From the NCBI GenBank assembly GCA_049519195.1, contig JBEKRA010000001.1, forward strand, positions 1-28,083: 28,083 nucleotides of DNA. The letters run 5' to 3'. Positions 8,230-17,392 of this stretch are shown here, piece after piece (the stretch's first letter is position 1; every line of letters begins with the position of its first letter). The notes beneath the pieces are model-generated. The model ran no database searches. It was not told where the DNA came from and saw nothing but the letters and a program-made list of their open reading frames with translations. A program made the translations under genes and the position numbers. This stretch comes from Verrucomicrobiota bacterium (GTDB lineage Bacteria; Verrucomicrobiota; Verrucomicrobiia; Limisphaerales; UBA11358).

Positions 8230-10776
8230 CTACAGCGTTTTCTTCGCGCGTTCCACCAGCGCCTTTTCTTCCGGCAGGAGAAATGCCTTTGCGGATTTGT
8301 TCAGGTAGGTCCTCGCGGTTTGTTTGTCGCCCGTTGCCGAAAGGAAAATCCCGTAATAAGCCGCGAACGCTGGGTCATCCAATTGGTTGAGACCCAGGGC
8401 GCGAAGCGCCTGCGCCGCTTCCTGTGGACGGCCTTGAAGGTAAATGGAATAGGCGTAGGTGGAGGCGAACATCGGATTCCCCGGCTCCGCCGCGTGCAGT
8501 TCCGCCGCAGACCGATGGGCTTCAGCCGTGTCCGCGCCCAACAGCAGGGACACCATCGCATAATTGTTTCGCGCCAGCGCATCCTTGGGATCTCTTTGGA
8601 CAATGGTCCGGAACACCCGCCTCAATCCGGCGGTGTCGCGCTGTCGCGTGTATAAATTCCCTAGGGTTGTCAGCGGCCAGCTTTCGGACGGGTATTTCCC
8701 GGCCGCGAACCAGAGGACATCTTCCGTTTCTTCCTTCCAGCCCCACCCGGCAGACATCTTTGCCAGTGTGTTCAGCGCGTTGGGCGATCTTGCCGCCAGT
8801 TGAATGGCCTGTTGCCAGGTGGTTGATGAGTATCGTTTATTGCCAGACTCCTTCCAGGAGGCAAAGGACATCATGCCGACACGAACGGAGTCCATTTCCA
8901 TCCAATGTTCCTTTTGCAGGTAACCCGTCAGCCCTTTCCACTGCCCGAGGGCCGCATAAGAATCGGCGAGGGCGATGGGAACCAGCCCTTGCTTCGTGAG
9001 CCGCGGGGGAAGCCCGTTGAGCCAGTCCAAGGCCGCCTGGGCGAATCCGGCGCGGTTCATCCACGACACCAGTTCGCCGACATAAAACGGATTCTCCTCC
9101 GCGGATTTCTTTGTTTCGACAAGAAAACCTGCGAAGCAGGGACTTTTCTCAACATTCAGGATGGCCAGATGAACGATCCGGTCGCTGAACGAAGCCTGCT
9201 GGTTGGTGAGGATTTGCTGCGAAAGCCTCTCTGCGCGTGCGAATTCGTGACGGGCGGCGCTCTCGGCCACCAGCGAACGCGCCGCCAGCAGGCCAAGCTG
9301 GCGGTCGGTGCGAAGCAACTCCAAAGTGGTCCGCGAATCCGTGATGAGCTTGGGGTCTCCGGACTGCAAACGGACAACCGCCAGCGACATCCGATTCACC
9401 GGGTCGTCCGGATTCAGCTTCAGCGCTTCCTCAAAATGCTGCTCCGCCGCCGGCAAATTGTTGAGTTGGACTGCCAGCGTGCCGGCCACGAGCTGGTAAG
9501 CCGAGCTTTGCCGGTAAGCCAGCGCGATTTCGTTCAGCGCCTTGGTCGCGGTGGGAAAAGGAAACGCCTCCGCCCGGAGCGCCGTCCGTGCCAGCGCCAG
9601 ACGGTTGGTGGGGTCCGGATTCAAAAACACCAATCGCTGCCGCCAGTGGAGGGCGTAGGGTGAGCCAATATAATCCGCAAGGTCGGCGATAACCCGGATG
9701 GCTGCGGTATTATCGGGATTCAAGACGAGCGCCTGCCGGACACGGAGCATCGCCCTCGGAAAATCGCCCTTGGCGACAAACCGTTGCGCCTGCATGATAT
9801 AATTCCGCTCAACGTATTGGCGATAGCGCGGCAAGCCGTATTTGTATCCGAACCCAATCGTTGCAATCAGGCAAACCAGCACCACCCATGTCTGCCAGCG
9901 CTTAAGCCGGCGCTGAATGCTTGGCCAGGCGAAATCCCGGGCGGCCTGTGCGCGCACTTGGAAAATGAGTTCATCCGCCTCATCCAGCACCCAGCCCGTT
10001 TTGCGTCCGAGCCAGGTCCCACGGAACCAGCGAACGCCCAGGCGCAACAGCCACACCGGCCGGCTCACGCGATGATACGCCCCATAACCGTATCCATATC
10101 CGTATCCACCCGAACCTTTCACCAACGGGAAATACCACTCATAAAGAGTGTCGGCCAAAGCCCGGTATTTTCGGCCAACCCAAGACGAACGAATGCGACG
10201 CCGCGCACCGCTCCAGGCCAGTTGCAACCGGTTTTGACGGCTGGAACCATAACCATAGCCATAACCATAGGACGGAGACGCCTTCGATTCCTGGGAAGCC
10301 GGATACCACCAATCATAAAACCGGTTTGTAAGTGCTGTGAAACCGCGCCCGACAAACGAGCGGCGCACAAACCGGTTTAGCCGGCGCCAGTCCCGAACCA
10401 GCCGGTGAAGTCGGACTTCCCCGTGGTAGGAAGAATAATAGGAGCGATCGTCGTGGGAAACGGGATGCCACCAGTCATACCAACGGGCTTTCAGCGTGCT
10501 GACCGCCGAACCAACAAATGATTTTCTCACCAGACGCCGCAAACGACGCCACAACCACTTCACCCGGTTCTGGCGCGACCGTCCGTAATAACCATAACCA
10601 TAGCCTTGCGAACTTTCGGAAAAAGGAAACCAAAAATTATACAACCAGTCTGCCAGGCGGCTGAAAATCCCGGGGACCCGCAAGCGTGACCACCATGGCC
10701 CCAGCCGACGCGACTCGCCATCCCGCTCGCTGCTGCGGGGCTGCTCCGATTTTGGGTTTTCAGACTCCGTGGACAT
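8230..10776 (-). CDS. Membrane-anchored TPR protein with N-terminal Arg/Trp-rich repeats containing YGYGYG clusters
   Basis: A TM helix (WVVLVCLIATIGFGY) at about aa 295-312 is followed by many TPR-like helices (e.g. AEQHFEEALKLNPDDP). The N-terminal ~240 aa contain 4-5 repeats of ~55 aa. Confidence 0.85.
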   Translation of the reverse strand: MSTESENPKSEQPRSSERDGESRRLGPWWSRLRVPGIFSRLADWLYNFWFPFSESSQGYGYGYYGRSRQNRVKWLWRRLRRLVRKSFVGSAVSTLKARWYDWWHPVSHDDRSYYSSYHGEVRLHRLVRDWRRLNRFVRRSFVGRGFTALTNRFYDWWYPASQESKASPSYGYGYGYGSSRQNRLQLAWSGARRRIRSSWVGRKYRALADTLYEWYFPLVKGSGGYGYGYGYGAYHRVSRPVWLLRLGVRWFRGTWLGRKTGWVLDEADELIFQVRAQAARDFAWPSIQRRLKRWQTWVVLVCLIATIGFGYKYGLPRYRQYVERNYIMQAQRFVAKGDFPRAMLRVRQALVLNPDNTAAIRVIADLADYIGSPYALHWRQRLVFLNPDPTNRLALARTALRAEAFPFPTATKALNEIALAYRQSSAYQLVAGTLAVQLNNLPAAEQHFEEALKLNPDDPVNRMSLAVVRLQSGDPKLITDSRTTLELLRTDRQLGLLAARSLVAESAARHEFARAERLSQQILTNQQASFSDRIVHLAILNVEKSPCFAGFLVETKKSAEENPFYVGELVSWMNRAGFAQAALDWLNGLPPRLTKQGLVPIALADSYAALGQWKGLTGYLQKEHWMEMDSVRVGMMSFASWKESGNKRYSSTTWQQAIQLAARSPNALNTLAKMSAGWGWKEETEDVLWFAAGKYPSESWPLTTLGNLYTRQRDTAGLRRVFRTIVQRDPKDALARNNYAMVSLLLGADTAEAHRSAAELHAAEPGNPMFASTYAYSIYLQGRPQEAAQALRALGLNQLDDPAFAAYYGIFLSATGDKQTARTYLNKSAKAFLLPEEKALVERAKKTL

Positions 10777-10829
10777 GCCGTGGCATCGCCGATATGATGA
10801 AACTGCCCTGCTTTATTTTATCGCCGCAG

Positions 10830-10858
10830 ATCATAGCGAAGCCGCCGGAATGCGGCAA
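10830..10858 (-). promoter_or_regulatory. Putative sigma70 promoter of the TPR gene
   Basis: TTGCCG-N17-TATGAT on the minus strand, 53 nt upstream of ATG 10776. Confidence 0.65.
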
Positions 10859-11082
10859 GCCGCAAAAATCAAAGAATCAATGTTTTCCAAGCCGCCCGGC
10901 GTGGCGTAGTATTGTCCCGGAAAATCGTGACAGCCAGCCGGTTAACTTGATGGCAAAACATTACGATGCAATTACGCCATCACATTCCCATGCCGTGTTT
11001 GCGGTGGAAAATGATTTTGCAGGCTGGCGTGAATCTGTTTTGCGATGGTGCTTTTCCGCCGCTGGCGATATGCTTCACAGCC

Positions 11083-14000
11083 GTGCATCGCCGAATATTT
11101 CCATTGCCGGTAAGTCGTCTCGCTTCCGCCGTGGTTGCAATCGGGTTGTTTTTGCGCATGATTTCCGGGGCATTGGCGGCGCCGGCGGATTACCTCGTGG
11201 ATGTCTGGGACACGGAGAACGGCCTGCCCGGCAGCACGGTCACGGCCATCGCCCAAACTTCCGACGGCTATCTCTGGGTGGGCACTTATGCCGGATTGGC
11301 GCGTTTTGACGGCGTGCGGTTTGTCACGTTCGACCCGGCCAACACGCCGGAGTTGAGCCAGCCGCGCGTGCAGGGACTCTTCCTTGATGCCAACGGCACG
11401 CTTTGGATCAACACCTTTCGCGGTGGACTGACGTCGTATCGCAACGGCGTGTTCCGCAACGAGTGGCCGGACCGGGCCGGTTTCGATTTGCACACCACAC
11501 TCGCGGCCTCGTCATCCAATCGCGTCACGTTCGTCACGCAACTGGGCGAAGTGCTGCAGCGCGATCCGGCAGACACGAACGCCAATTGGCTGGTGGTGGC
11601 TCCGCCGACGGATTCGCACCCGATTTTTCAATGCGCCGACCATGAAGGGCGGTTGTGGTTTTTGGCGGGCGACGGACACATCCTTCAATTCAGCGAAGGC
11701 AAATTCAAGGAACTGCCGGGCGATGGTGGTCTGGCCGGTAGCCGGATTTACACGCTGGCGGCTGACCCGCGCGGACGGGTCTGGGCCGGGGCGGAAAATG
11801 AAATCGCCCGCTGGAACGGCACGCGATTTTATTCAATGACACCCACAAACGGCGAGGCGCACATCCGGCCCATGCAATTGTATCCCATGTGGTCAGGCGC
11901 GATGTGGGTGCTGGACAGCGACCGTTTTCGCAAAATGGAATGGCGCGAATGGACGGGTGAGATTGCCGAATGGCGCGGCCTGATCGGGTCTGCATCCAGC
12001 CGCGCAGCAACCGGACATGAGGACCGTGCGGGCGGCATGTGGTTCAACCATTATGGCAACGGGCTTTTTCATATCACGCCGGACGGGCAATTTCAAAGGC
12101 TCGCGACTACGAACGGCCTGCCCGGCGACCGCGTGGGCGCGTGCTTCCAAGGCGATGATGGCGGCATCTGGATCGGCATGGATTACGGCGGACTGGCGCG
12201 TCTGCGCGAACGGCGCTTTAATGTCATCGGCATGACCGAAGGTTTGCCGGCCCGGGTGGCGCTGTCGGTTTGCGAGGATGGCATTGGGGCAATCTGGATT
12301 GGGACCAGCGGCGGCGGGCTGTGCCGCTGGAGTGACGGGAAAATCACCCGCTATCCGGTCGGTGACAGCGCATCGGTGAATTTTGTATTTTCAGTTTTTC
12401 CACGCGCCGGCGGCGGCACCTGGTTGAGCGCGGCGGAAGGAGAGGATTTGTATCAGTTCCACGACGGCCGTGTGGAGCGCGCGTCATGGGAATTGCATGG
12501 CGTCAAATCCATTTTGACCGACCACGTCGGACGGGTGTGGATGGGAACGAAATCGGGCATCGCCCTATGGGATGGAAATGAGCGGCGGATTTTGGGCACG
12601 AACGACAACACTACGCCGCCGGCGGTGCGGGCCTTGGCTGAAACATCGGACGGAACCGTCTGGGCGGGCGCGTTCGACGGGACGTTATATCGTTGCCAGA
12701 CAAACCGGCTCGATCCGTTCCGCCCCAGGGACGGGCTGGCGGATCAGCCGATTTATTCCCTCTACGCCGATTCGCAGGGCGTCATCTGGGCGGGAACGTA
12801 TCGTGGCGGGCTGCTTCGATTCAGGAACGGTGTCTTCAAGAGGATCACGGCCAAACAGGGTCTGCCGGTGGACATCATCTGCCAGATTATGGAGGACAAC
12901 GAAGGACGGCTGTGGCTCGGCACCCACCAGGGCATCTACTGCGTTTCGCGGCAAGCGTTGAATGCCTGTGCGGCAGGCAAGACCAACACGGTGGATTGCG
13001 TCACTTACGGAAAGCGCGACGGTTTGCCGGCGCTGGAATGTTCCGAGCAATACCAGCCGGCCTGCTGGCGGGGCACGAACGGAGTGCTCTGGTTCACGAC
13101 CACCCGCGGCGTGGTCAGCGTCAATCCGGATGAACTGATTTCCAGTCCGTATCCGCTGCCGGTCATCATCGAGGAGATGCGGGTGGACGGCGAGCCGATC
13201 CCGTTGCGCGGCGAAAAAACCATCGTGCCGCCGGGACACAGGCAGTTCGATTTCCGTTTCACCGCGTTGAATTTTGACGCCGGCGACAAGACGCGGTTCC
13301 GTTACCGGATTGACGGGCAGGACGCGGACTGGGTTGATGCCGGGACGCGGCGCGCGGCGCATTACGCGCCGCTGCCGCCGGGCAAATACCATTTCCGCGT
13401 GATCGCCTGCAACAACGAGGGCCAGTGGAACGAGACCAGCGCCGAGCTGGCATTCACCGTCCAGCGGCATTTTTACCAGACGTCCTGGTTTCTGATTCTG
13501 TTCTCCGCCGGCATTCTCGGCGGCACGGTGTTCGCCGCGCGTAAAATCGTCGCGGCCAAATACCGCCGGCAACTAGCGCGGTTGAAGCAGCAACATGCCA
13601 TCGAAAGCGACCGCGCCCGCATCGCCAAGGACATGCACGACGATGTTGGCGCCGGGTTGACGCAAATCGCCCTGCTGACCGAGCTGGCCCGGCGCGAGCC
13701 GGAACGGGTCGGCAAACATCTTGACCGCATCGCCGGCTCGGCCCGGCAATTGACGCGGGCGATGGACGAAATCGTCTGGGCGGTGGACCCGCAGCACGAC
13801 ACGCTAGAAGGATTGATGGACTACATTTCCGCCTACGCCGAGGATTTTCTCCACACGGCGGGAATTCCCTGCCGCATGGACTTGCCGGTGACGCTGCCGG
13901 CGGCGGGCGTGGGAGCCGAATTGCGGCATAATTTATTTCTTTCGTTGAAAGAAGTCCTGAACAACGTGGTCAAGCACGCCCATGCCACCGAGGTCTGGCT

Positions 14001-14280
14001 GCGCCTGCGCATCGGGCCAAAAACGTTCACTCTGATTATTGAGGACAATGGCCGGGGCATTCCCGTCGCTGGTGGCGGCGGCGCGCCCGGCGTCCGCGCG
14101 AACCGCATCGCCGCCGGTTCCGGCCTGGTCAATCTCGAGAAGCGCCTGGCGGCTGTCGCCGGCCGTTGCGAAATCCACAGCCGGCCCGGGCACGGCACGC
14201 GCGTGGAAATGACCGCGGCCATCAACCTGACGTCGGCACCGCCAATTATAGCGATTGGCCGGGACGATGATGTGGATTAG
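11083..14280 (+). CDS. Sensor histidine kinase with periplasmic beta-propeller (Reg_prop) repeats, Y_Y_Y domain, TM helix, HisKA_3 and HATPase
   Basis: Repeats such as GLPGSTVTAIAQTSDGYLWVGT; YAPLPPGKYHFRVIACNNEGQWN; RARIAKDMHDDVGAGLTQI; EVLNNVVKHA; IEDNGRGI. The ORF is open from 10966. GTG 11083 gives the best signal peptide, so the start is uncertain. Confidence 0.92.
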   Translation: MHRRIFPLPVSRLASAVVAIGLFLRMISGALAAPADYLVDVWDTENGLPGSTVTAIAQTSDGYLWVGTYAGLARFDGVRFVTFDPANTPELSQPRVQGLFLDANGTLWINTFRGGLTSYRNGVFRNEWPDRAGFDLHTTLAASSSNRVTFVTQLGEVLQRDPADTNANWLVVAPPTDSHPIFQCADHEGRLWFLAGDGHILQFSEGKFKELPGDGGLAGSRIYTLAADPRGRVWAGAENEIARWNGTRFYSMTPTNGEAHIRPMQLYPMWSGAMWVLDSDRFRKMEWREWTGEIAEWRGLIGSASSRAATGHEDRAGGMWFNHYGNGLFHITPDGQFQRLATTNGLPGDRVGACFQGDDGGIWIGMDYGGLARLRERRFNVIGMTEGLPARVALSVCEDGIGAIWIGTSGGGLCRWSDGKITRYPVGDSASVNFVFSVFPRAGGGTWLSAAEGEDLYQFHDGRVERASWELHGVKSILTDHVGRVWMGTKSGIALWDGNERRILGTNDNTTPPAVRALAETSDGTVWAGAFDGTLYRCQTNRLDPFRPRDGLADQPIYSLYADSQGVIWAGTYRGGLLRFRNGVFKRITAKQGLPVDIICQIMEDNEGRLWLGTHQGIYCVSRQALNACAAGKTNTVDCVTYGKRDGLPALECSEQYQPACWRGTNGVLWFTTTRGVVSVNPDELISSPYPLPVIIEEMRVDGEPIPLRGEKTIVPPGHRQFDFRFTALNFDAGDKTRFRYRIDGQDADWVDAGTRRAAHYAPLPPGKYHFRVIACNNEGQWNETSAELAFTVQRHFYQTSWFLILFSAGILGGTVFAARKIVAAKYRRQLARLKQQHAIESDRARIAKDMHDDVGAGLTQIALLTELARREPERVGKHLDRIAGSARQLTRAMDEIVWAVDPQHDTLEGLMDYISAYAEDFLHTAGIPCRMDLPVTLPAAGVGAELRHNLFLSLKEVLNNVVKHAHATEVWLRLRIGPKTFTLIIEDNGRGIPVAGGGGAPGVRANRIAAGSGLVNLEKRLAAVAGRCEIHSRPGHGTRVEMTAAINLTSAPPIIAIGRDDDVD

Positions 14281-14322
14281 ATTCACCCGATGACGCCAGC
14301 AATCACCAGTGACGGGTTAGGC

Positions 14323-14520
14323 GGGACGATGCAGTTGAGAAGCCGAACCGCCGGGCGAGTAGCTGCGACGCCCCCGTCGCAGAGCGTGCCGGCGACGCCT
14401 CGTCGCCGGAGCCGCCACGCAAACCAAATGGTGTGGCGGATTTCTCGCGCGACGAGGGCGTCGCGCGCACCTTCTGCGACGGGGCGTCGCAGATACGCGT
14501 TCCGGCAACTGAATCGTTCC
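14323..14520. mobile_element. MITE-like nested palindrome between the kinase and the response regulator
   Basis: TIR GGGACGATGCAGTTG / CAACTGAATCGTTCC, with inner inverted pairs CTGCGACGCCCCCGTCGCAGA / TCTGCGACGGGGCGTCGCAG and GCGACGCCTCGTCGC / GCGACGAGGGCGTCGC. Confidence 0.75.
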
Positions 14521-14575
14521 GGTTTGGGCGTAACTCTGGAGCGGATTCCAGCCTTGAAACATTTTGCGCGTTGAC

Positions 14576-15232
14576 ATGAAAATTTCTGTTTCGATTGTAG
14601 AAGACGACCCGCCGGTGCGGGCGAGTCTGGCCAGATTGATTGACAGCTCTTCCGGCTGCCGCTGCGTGAGCCGGCATGGCAGCGCGGAAAAGGCCTTACA
14701 GGAAATTCCCGGCATCAAACCCGACGTGGTGCTCATGGACATCAACCTGCCCGGCATCAACGGCGTCGAATGCGTGCGCCGGCTCAAACCGCTGCTCCCC
14801 GCGACACAAATCATCATGCTGACGGTGTATCAGAACACCGAGAACATCTTCGATGCGCTCACGGCGGGCGCCACCGGCTACCTGCTTAAACAGACGACGC
14901 CGGATGAATTGCTCGCGGCCATCCAGGAGGTTCATGCCGGCGGCTCGCCCATGAGCAGTCACATCGCGCGCAAAATTGTGCTGTCTTTCCAGCAGGCGCC
15001 GCCGTTGTCGGCGGAGGCGCAAAGCCTCACGCCGCGGGAGGTCGAGGTGCTGAACCTGCTGGCAAAGGGATTTCTTTACAAGGAAATTGCCGAGAAAACA
15101 AAAACGACCTACGCCACCGTTCACACCCACATCCGCCACATTTACGAAAAGCTCCACGTGCGGTCGCGGACGGAGGCCGTGGCCAGGCATCTCGGCCAGC
15201 CGCCGCTGCGCGAAAAGACGGCGCCGGATTGA
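14576..15232 (+). CDS. NarL/LuxR-family DNA-binding response regulator
   Basis: IVEDD, PDVVLMDINLPG (phospho-Asp), GATGYLLK, and HTH LTPREVEVLNLLAKGFLYKEIA...IYEKLHVRSRTEAV. Confidence 0.96.
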   Translation: MKISVSIVEDDPPVRASLARLIDSSSGCRCVSRHGSAEKALQEIPGIKPDVVLMDINLPGINGVECVRRLKPLLPATQIIMLTVYQNTENIFDALTAGATGYLLKQTTPDELLAAIQEVHAGGSPMSSHIARKIVLSFQQAPPLSAEAQSLTPREVEVLNLLAKGFLYKEIAEKTKTTYATVHTHIRHIYEKLHVRSRTEAVARHLGQPPLREKTAPD

Positions 15233-15264
15233 CCGGCAGTCTTCTAATTCATGCCGTCAACCGC

Positions 15265-15333
15265 ATCATCAGAACTGGCGATGGCAATATCGCCAGAATT
15301 GGCGATGGCGCTGATTTAAGGGTGTTGTATAGT
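15265..15333 (+). promoter_or_regulatory. Tandem 7-4-7 palindromic operator candidate plus a -10-like TATAGT
   Basis: ATCATCAGAACTGGCGAT (15265-15282) and ATCGCCAGAATTGGCGAT (15289-15306), 24-bp period; TATAGT at 15328-15333. Confidence 0.5.
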
Positions 15334-15508
15334 GGCCACATGAAATCGTTGAGCGAAACCATAAAACCGCGGAACGCTTTGCAGCCCGCGGGACGAACTT
15401 CGAGTTTCGTGAAAACAGAACCGACAGCCGGAACCGGACGCTCCGTTTGGGAAGCCGCCGCCGTCAAGACGGCGATGGTGACGGGCCGGGCCGCTGCGGG
15501 TTTTTTTG

Positions 15509-15536
15509 TTGACATGATTCGGAATTCGCGTAATCT
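15509..15536 (+). promoter_or_regulatory. Putative sigma70 promoter of the prepilin-like gene
   Basis: TTGACA-N16-TAATCT, 45 nt upstream of ATG 15582. Confidence 0.6.
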
Positions 15537-15581
15537 TCGCCCAACACACATGTAAAACGCAAAGCCACAACACCTGAAAAA

Positions 15582-16376
15582 ATGAAAAGATCCGTAAAAT
15601 CCACCAAAGCCTTCACGCTCATTGAACTCCTCGTCGTAATCGCCATCATCGCCATTCTTGCGGCCCTGCTGTTGCCGGCGCTGGCCAAGGCCAAGAGAGC
15701 CGCGCGCCGCGCGCAGTGTGCCACGAATATCAAGGAAGTCGGCCTGGCCTTCCACGTTTGGGAAGGCGACCACGGCGACAAGTATCCCATGGCCGTCAGC
15801 ACGACCAAATGGGGCGCGATGGAGCAAGTATGCAGCTATCCCTCCCCAACCCCTTCGGCAGGATACGGCGTCACCAACGTCTTTTGCGTCATGTCCAATG
15901 AGATGAACACACCGAAGATTTTGTATTGCCCAACCGACATCTCCCCGGCCAAGAGCCCCGGTGACACGCCTGGTTCTCACACGATTTCGGGTTCTACCCG
16001 CTGTAGCGTGGCAACGAATTGGTCTGGCTTCGGTGCCCAAAACCTCAGTTATTTTGTTGAGGGCGATGCGCAGGATAAATATCCAAAAATGATTCTCATC
16101 GGGGATCGCAATATAGCAAATACCGCCACCGCCATGAACATGGTGAATGGAGCGTATTGCACCTTTGATACCCATTTGCCCACCGCCATCAAGAAAGTGG
16201 ATCCCCCGTGGATATGGACGGATACTGATTTGCACCAGGGTGCCGGCAATCTTGGCATGGCTGATGGCAGTGTTCAGCAGTCGTCCCTTGGCGGTTTGGC
16301 AAAAGCGATCAATGACACCCAGAGTGTCTGGCCTGTCACCGGGCATCAGGGGAACATTATAATCAACATGCCGTGA
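15582..16376 (+). CDS. Prepilin-type N-terminal cleavage/methylation protein with a C-terminal H-X9-DG motif (DUF1559-like class)
   Basis: [29 protein letters not shown] at the N-terminus; [12 protein letters not shown] = H-X9-DG. Confidence 0.92.
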   Translation: MKRSVKSTKAFTLIELLVVIAIIAILAALLLPALAKAKRAARRAQCATNIKEVGLAFHVWEGDHGDKYPMAVSTTKWGAMEQVCSYPSPTPSAGYGVTNVFCVMSNEMNTPKILYCPTDISPAKSPGDTPGSHTISGSTRCSVATNWSGFGAQNLSYFVEGDAQDKYPKMILIGDRNIANTATAMNMVNGAYCTFDTHLPTAIKKVDPPWIWTDTDLHQGAGNLGMADGSVQQSSLGGLAKAINDTQSVWPVTGHQGNIIINMP

Positions 16377-16382
16377 TAAAGC

Positions 16383-16409
16383 GCCGTGGCGGGAATTTCC
16401 CGCCACGGC
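16383..16409 (+). terminator. Hairpin / probable terminator after the prepilin-like gene
   Basis: Perfect 11-bp stem GCCGTGGCGGG / CCCGCCACGGC with a 5-nt loop. The downstream T tract is weak. Confidence 0.65.
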
Positions 16410-16480
16410 TGTCTCGTTTTGCCGTTCAAAACCCGATACAAACCAACCAACCCAAAGCCTGAAGCAGTTCACATTGAGCA

Positions 16481-16665
16481 GGAACCATGCAGTAGGACAG
16501 GCGTCGCGCCTGTCTCTAACTTTGAATGATCGCCTTTAGGCGTTGTTTTTCAACCGGGGTTTGCGATCACCGAATGGTGCGGGGGAGTTTTTTGATGGAG
16601 ACAGGCGCGACGCCTGTCCTACGGTGCGACCGCAACCGCCCGTCCGGTTTCAATTGCATGGTTCC
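16481..16665. mobile_element. MITE-like element with an inner perfect 25-bp inverted repeat
   Basis: Outer GGAACCATGCA / TGCATGGTTCC, similar to the TIR of 14323-14520. Inner GTAGGACAGGCGTCGCGCCTGTCTC (16492-16516) / GAGACAGGCGCGACGCCTGTCCTAC (16598-16622). Confidence 0.75.
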
Positions 16666-16685
16666 GGTTTAGATTGACATACCGG

Positions 16686-17293
16686 CGCTGGCAAGGGCGG
16701 GCAGTCCTCTGCCTGCCGCTCTCCTGTCAGCGAGCACCACGACGGCGCGCACGGAGAGTGCAATGCAGAGAACACAAAGCAAGACGGGCTGATTCTGAAT
16801 GGAGAATGGCGTCAGATTTTTTCCGCTGAAATCATTCCTCCGCTGCTCTCTTTGCGTTCTTTTGTGGCAATTCAATTTCGGAGTTCGGGTTAAACCCGAA
16901 TTCCGAAGCTGGCGGGCAAACATGCAGGGTTTTGGGAGCGGATCGGGTGAGGAATGGGCGGGAAAGAGCGGCGATAAATCGCACGCAGTCCAGATGCTTC
17001 GCGATGGCCGGGCCGCACCAAACTTCGCGCCAGCTTTTGGACTGCGTGTGCTTGAGCACCGCTTTGCGCCGCACGGCAACGATGCCCCGCTTTGAAACAG
17101 CCGCAATTCCCATTTCGGAGTTCGGGTTAAATGAGACCAAGGCGTCGTTCGCAGGCTTGCTTTGCCTTGGGCCAAATCATTTTAGAGACGGTGGCGGCTG
17201 TCCCAGCCGCAGCACGTTCGACAACCCCAAAACCCGTGGAATTTCGCGCGCTCATTCCGCAACCCGGGCTGCTGCGGGTTGGACAGCCGCGCT
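16686..17293. repeat. Mosaic of REP-like elements (BIME-like)
   Basis: Contains a GGGCGGGCAGTCCTCTGCCTGCCG arm, the palindrome TTCGGAGTTCGGGTTAAACCCGAATTCCGAA (with its left half repeated near 17114), a copy of the 3666 family at about 16966-17065, and a copy of the 5861 family at 17172-17293. Confidence 0.75.
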
Positions 17294-17392
17294 TCCTTCC
17301 GGGCAAAACGCCCTCAAGATGCGCCCCCGGTCCGGGAAACTTCACACGATCTGCTTGACCGGAGCGGGGATAAGCTCTTTGCTTGGTCGGGA

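Noticed and set aside
15545-15580. ACGCAAAGCC resembling part of a c-di-GMP-I riboswitch
   Set aside because: The preceding GGCAAAC/GAAA stem-loop and the P1 pairing are not present.
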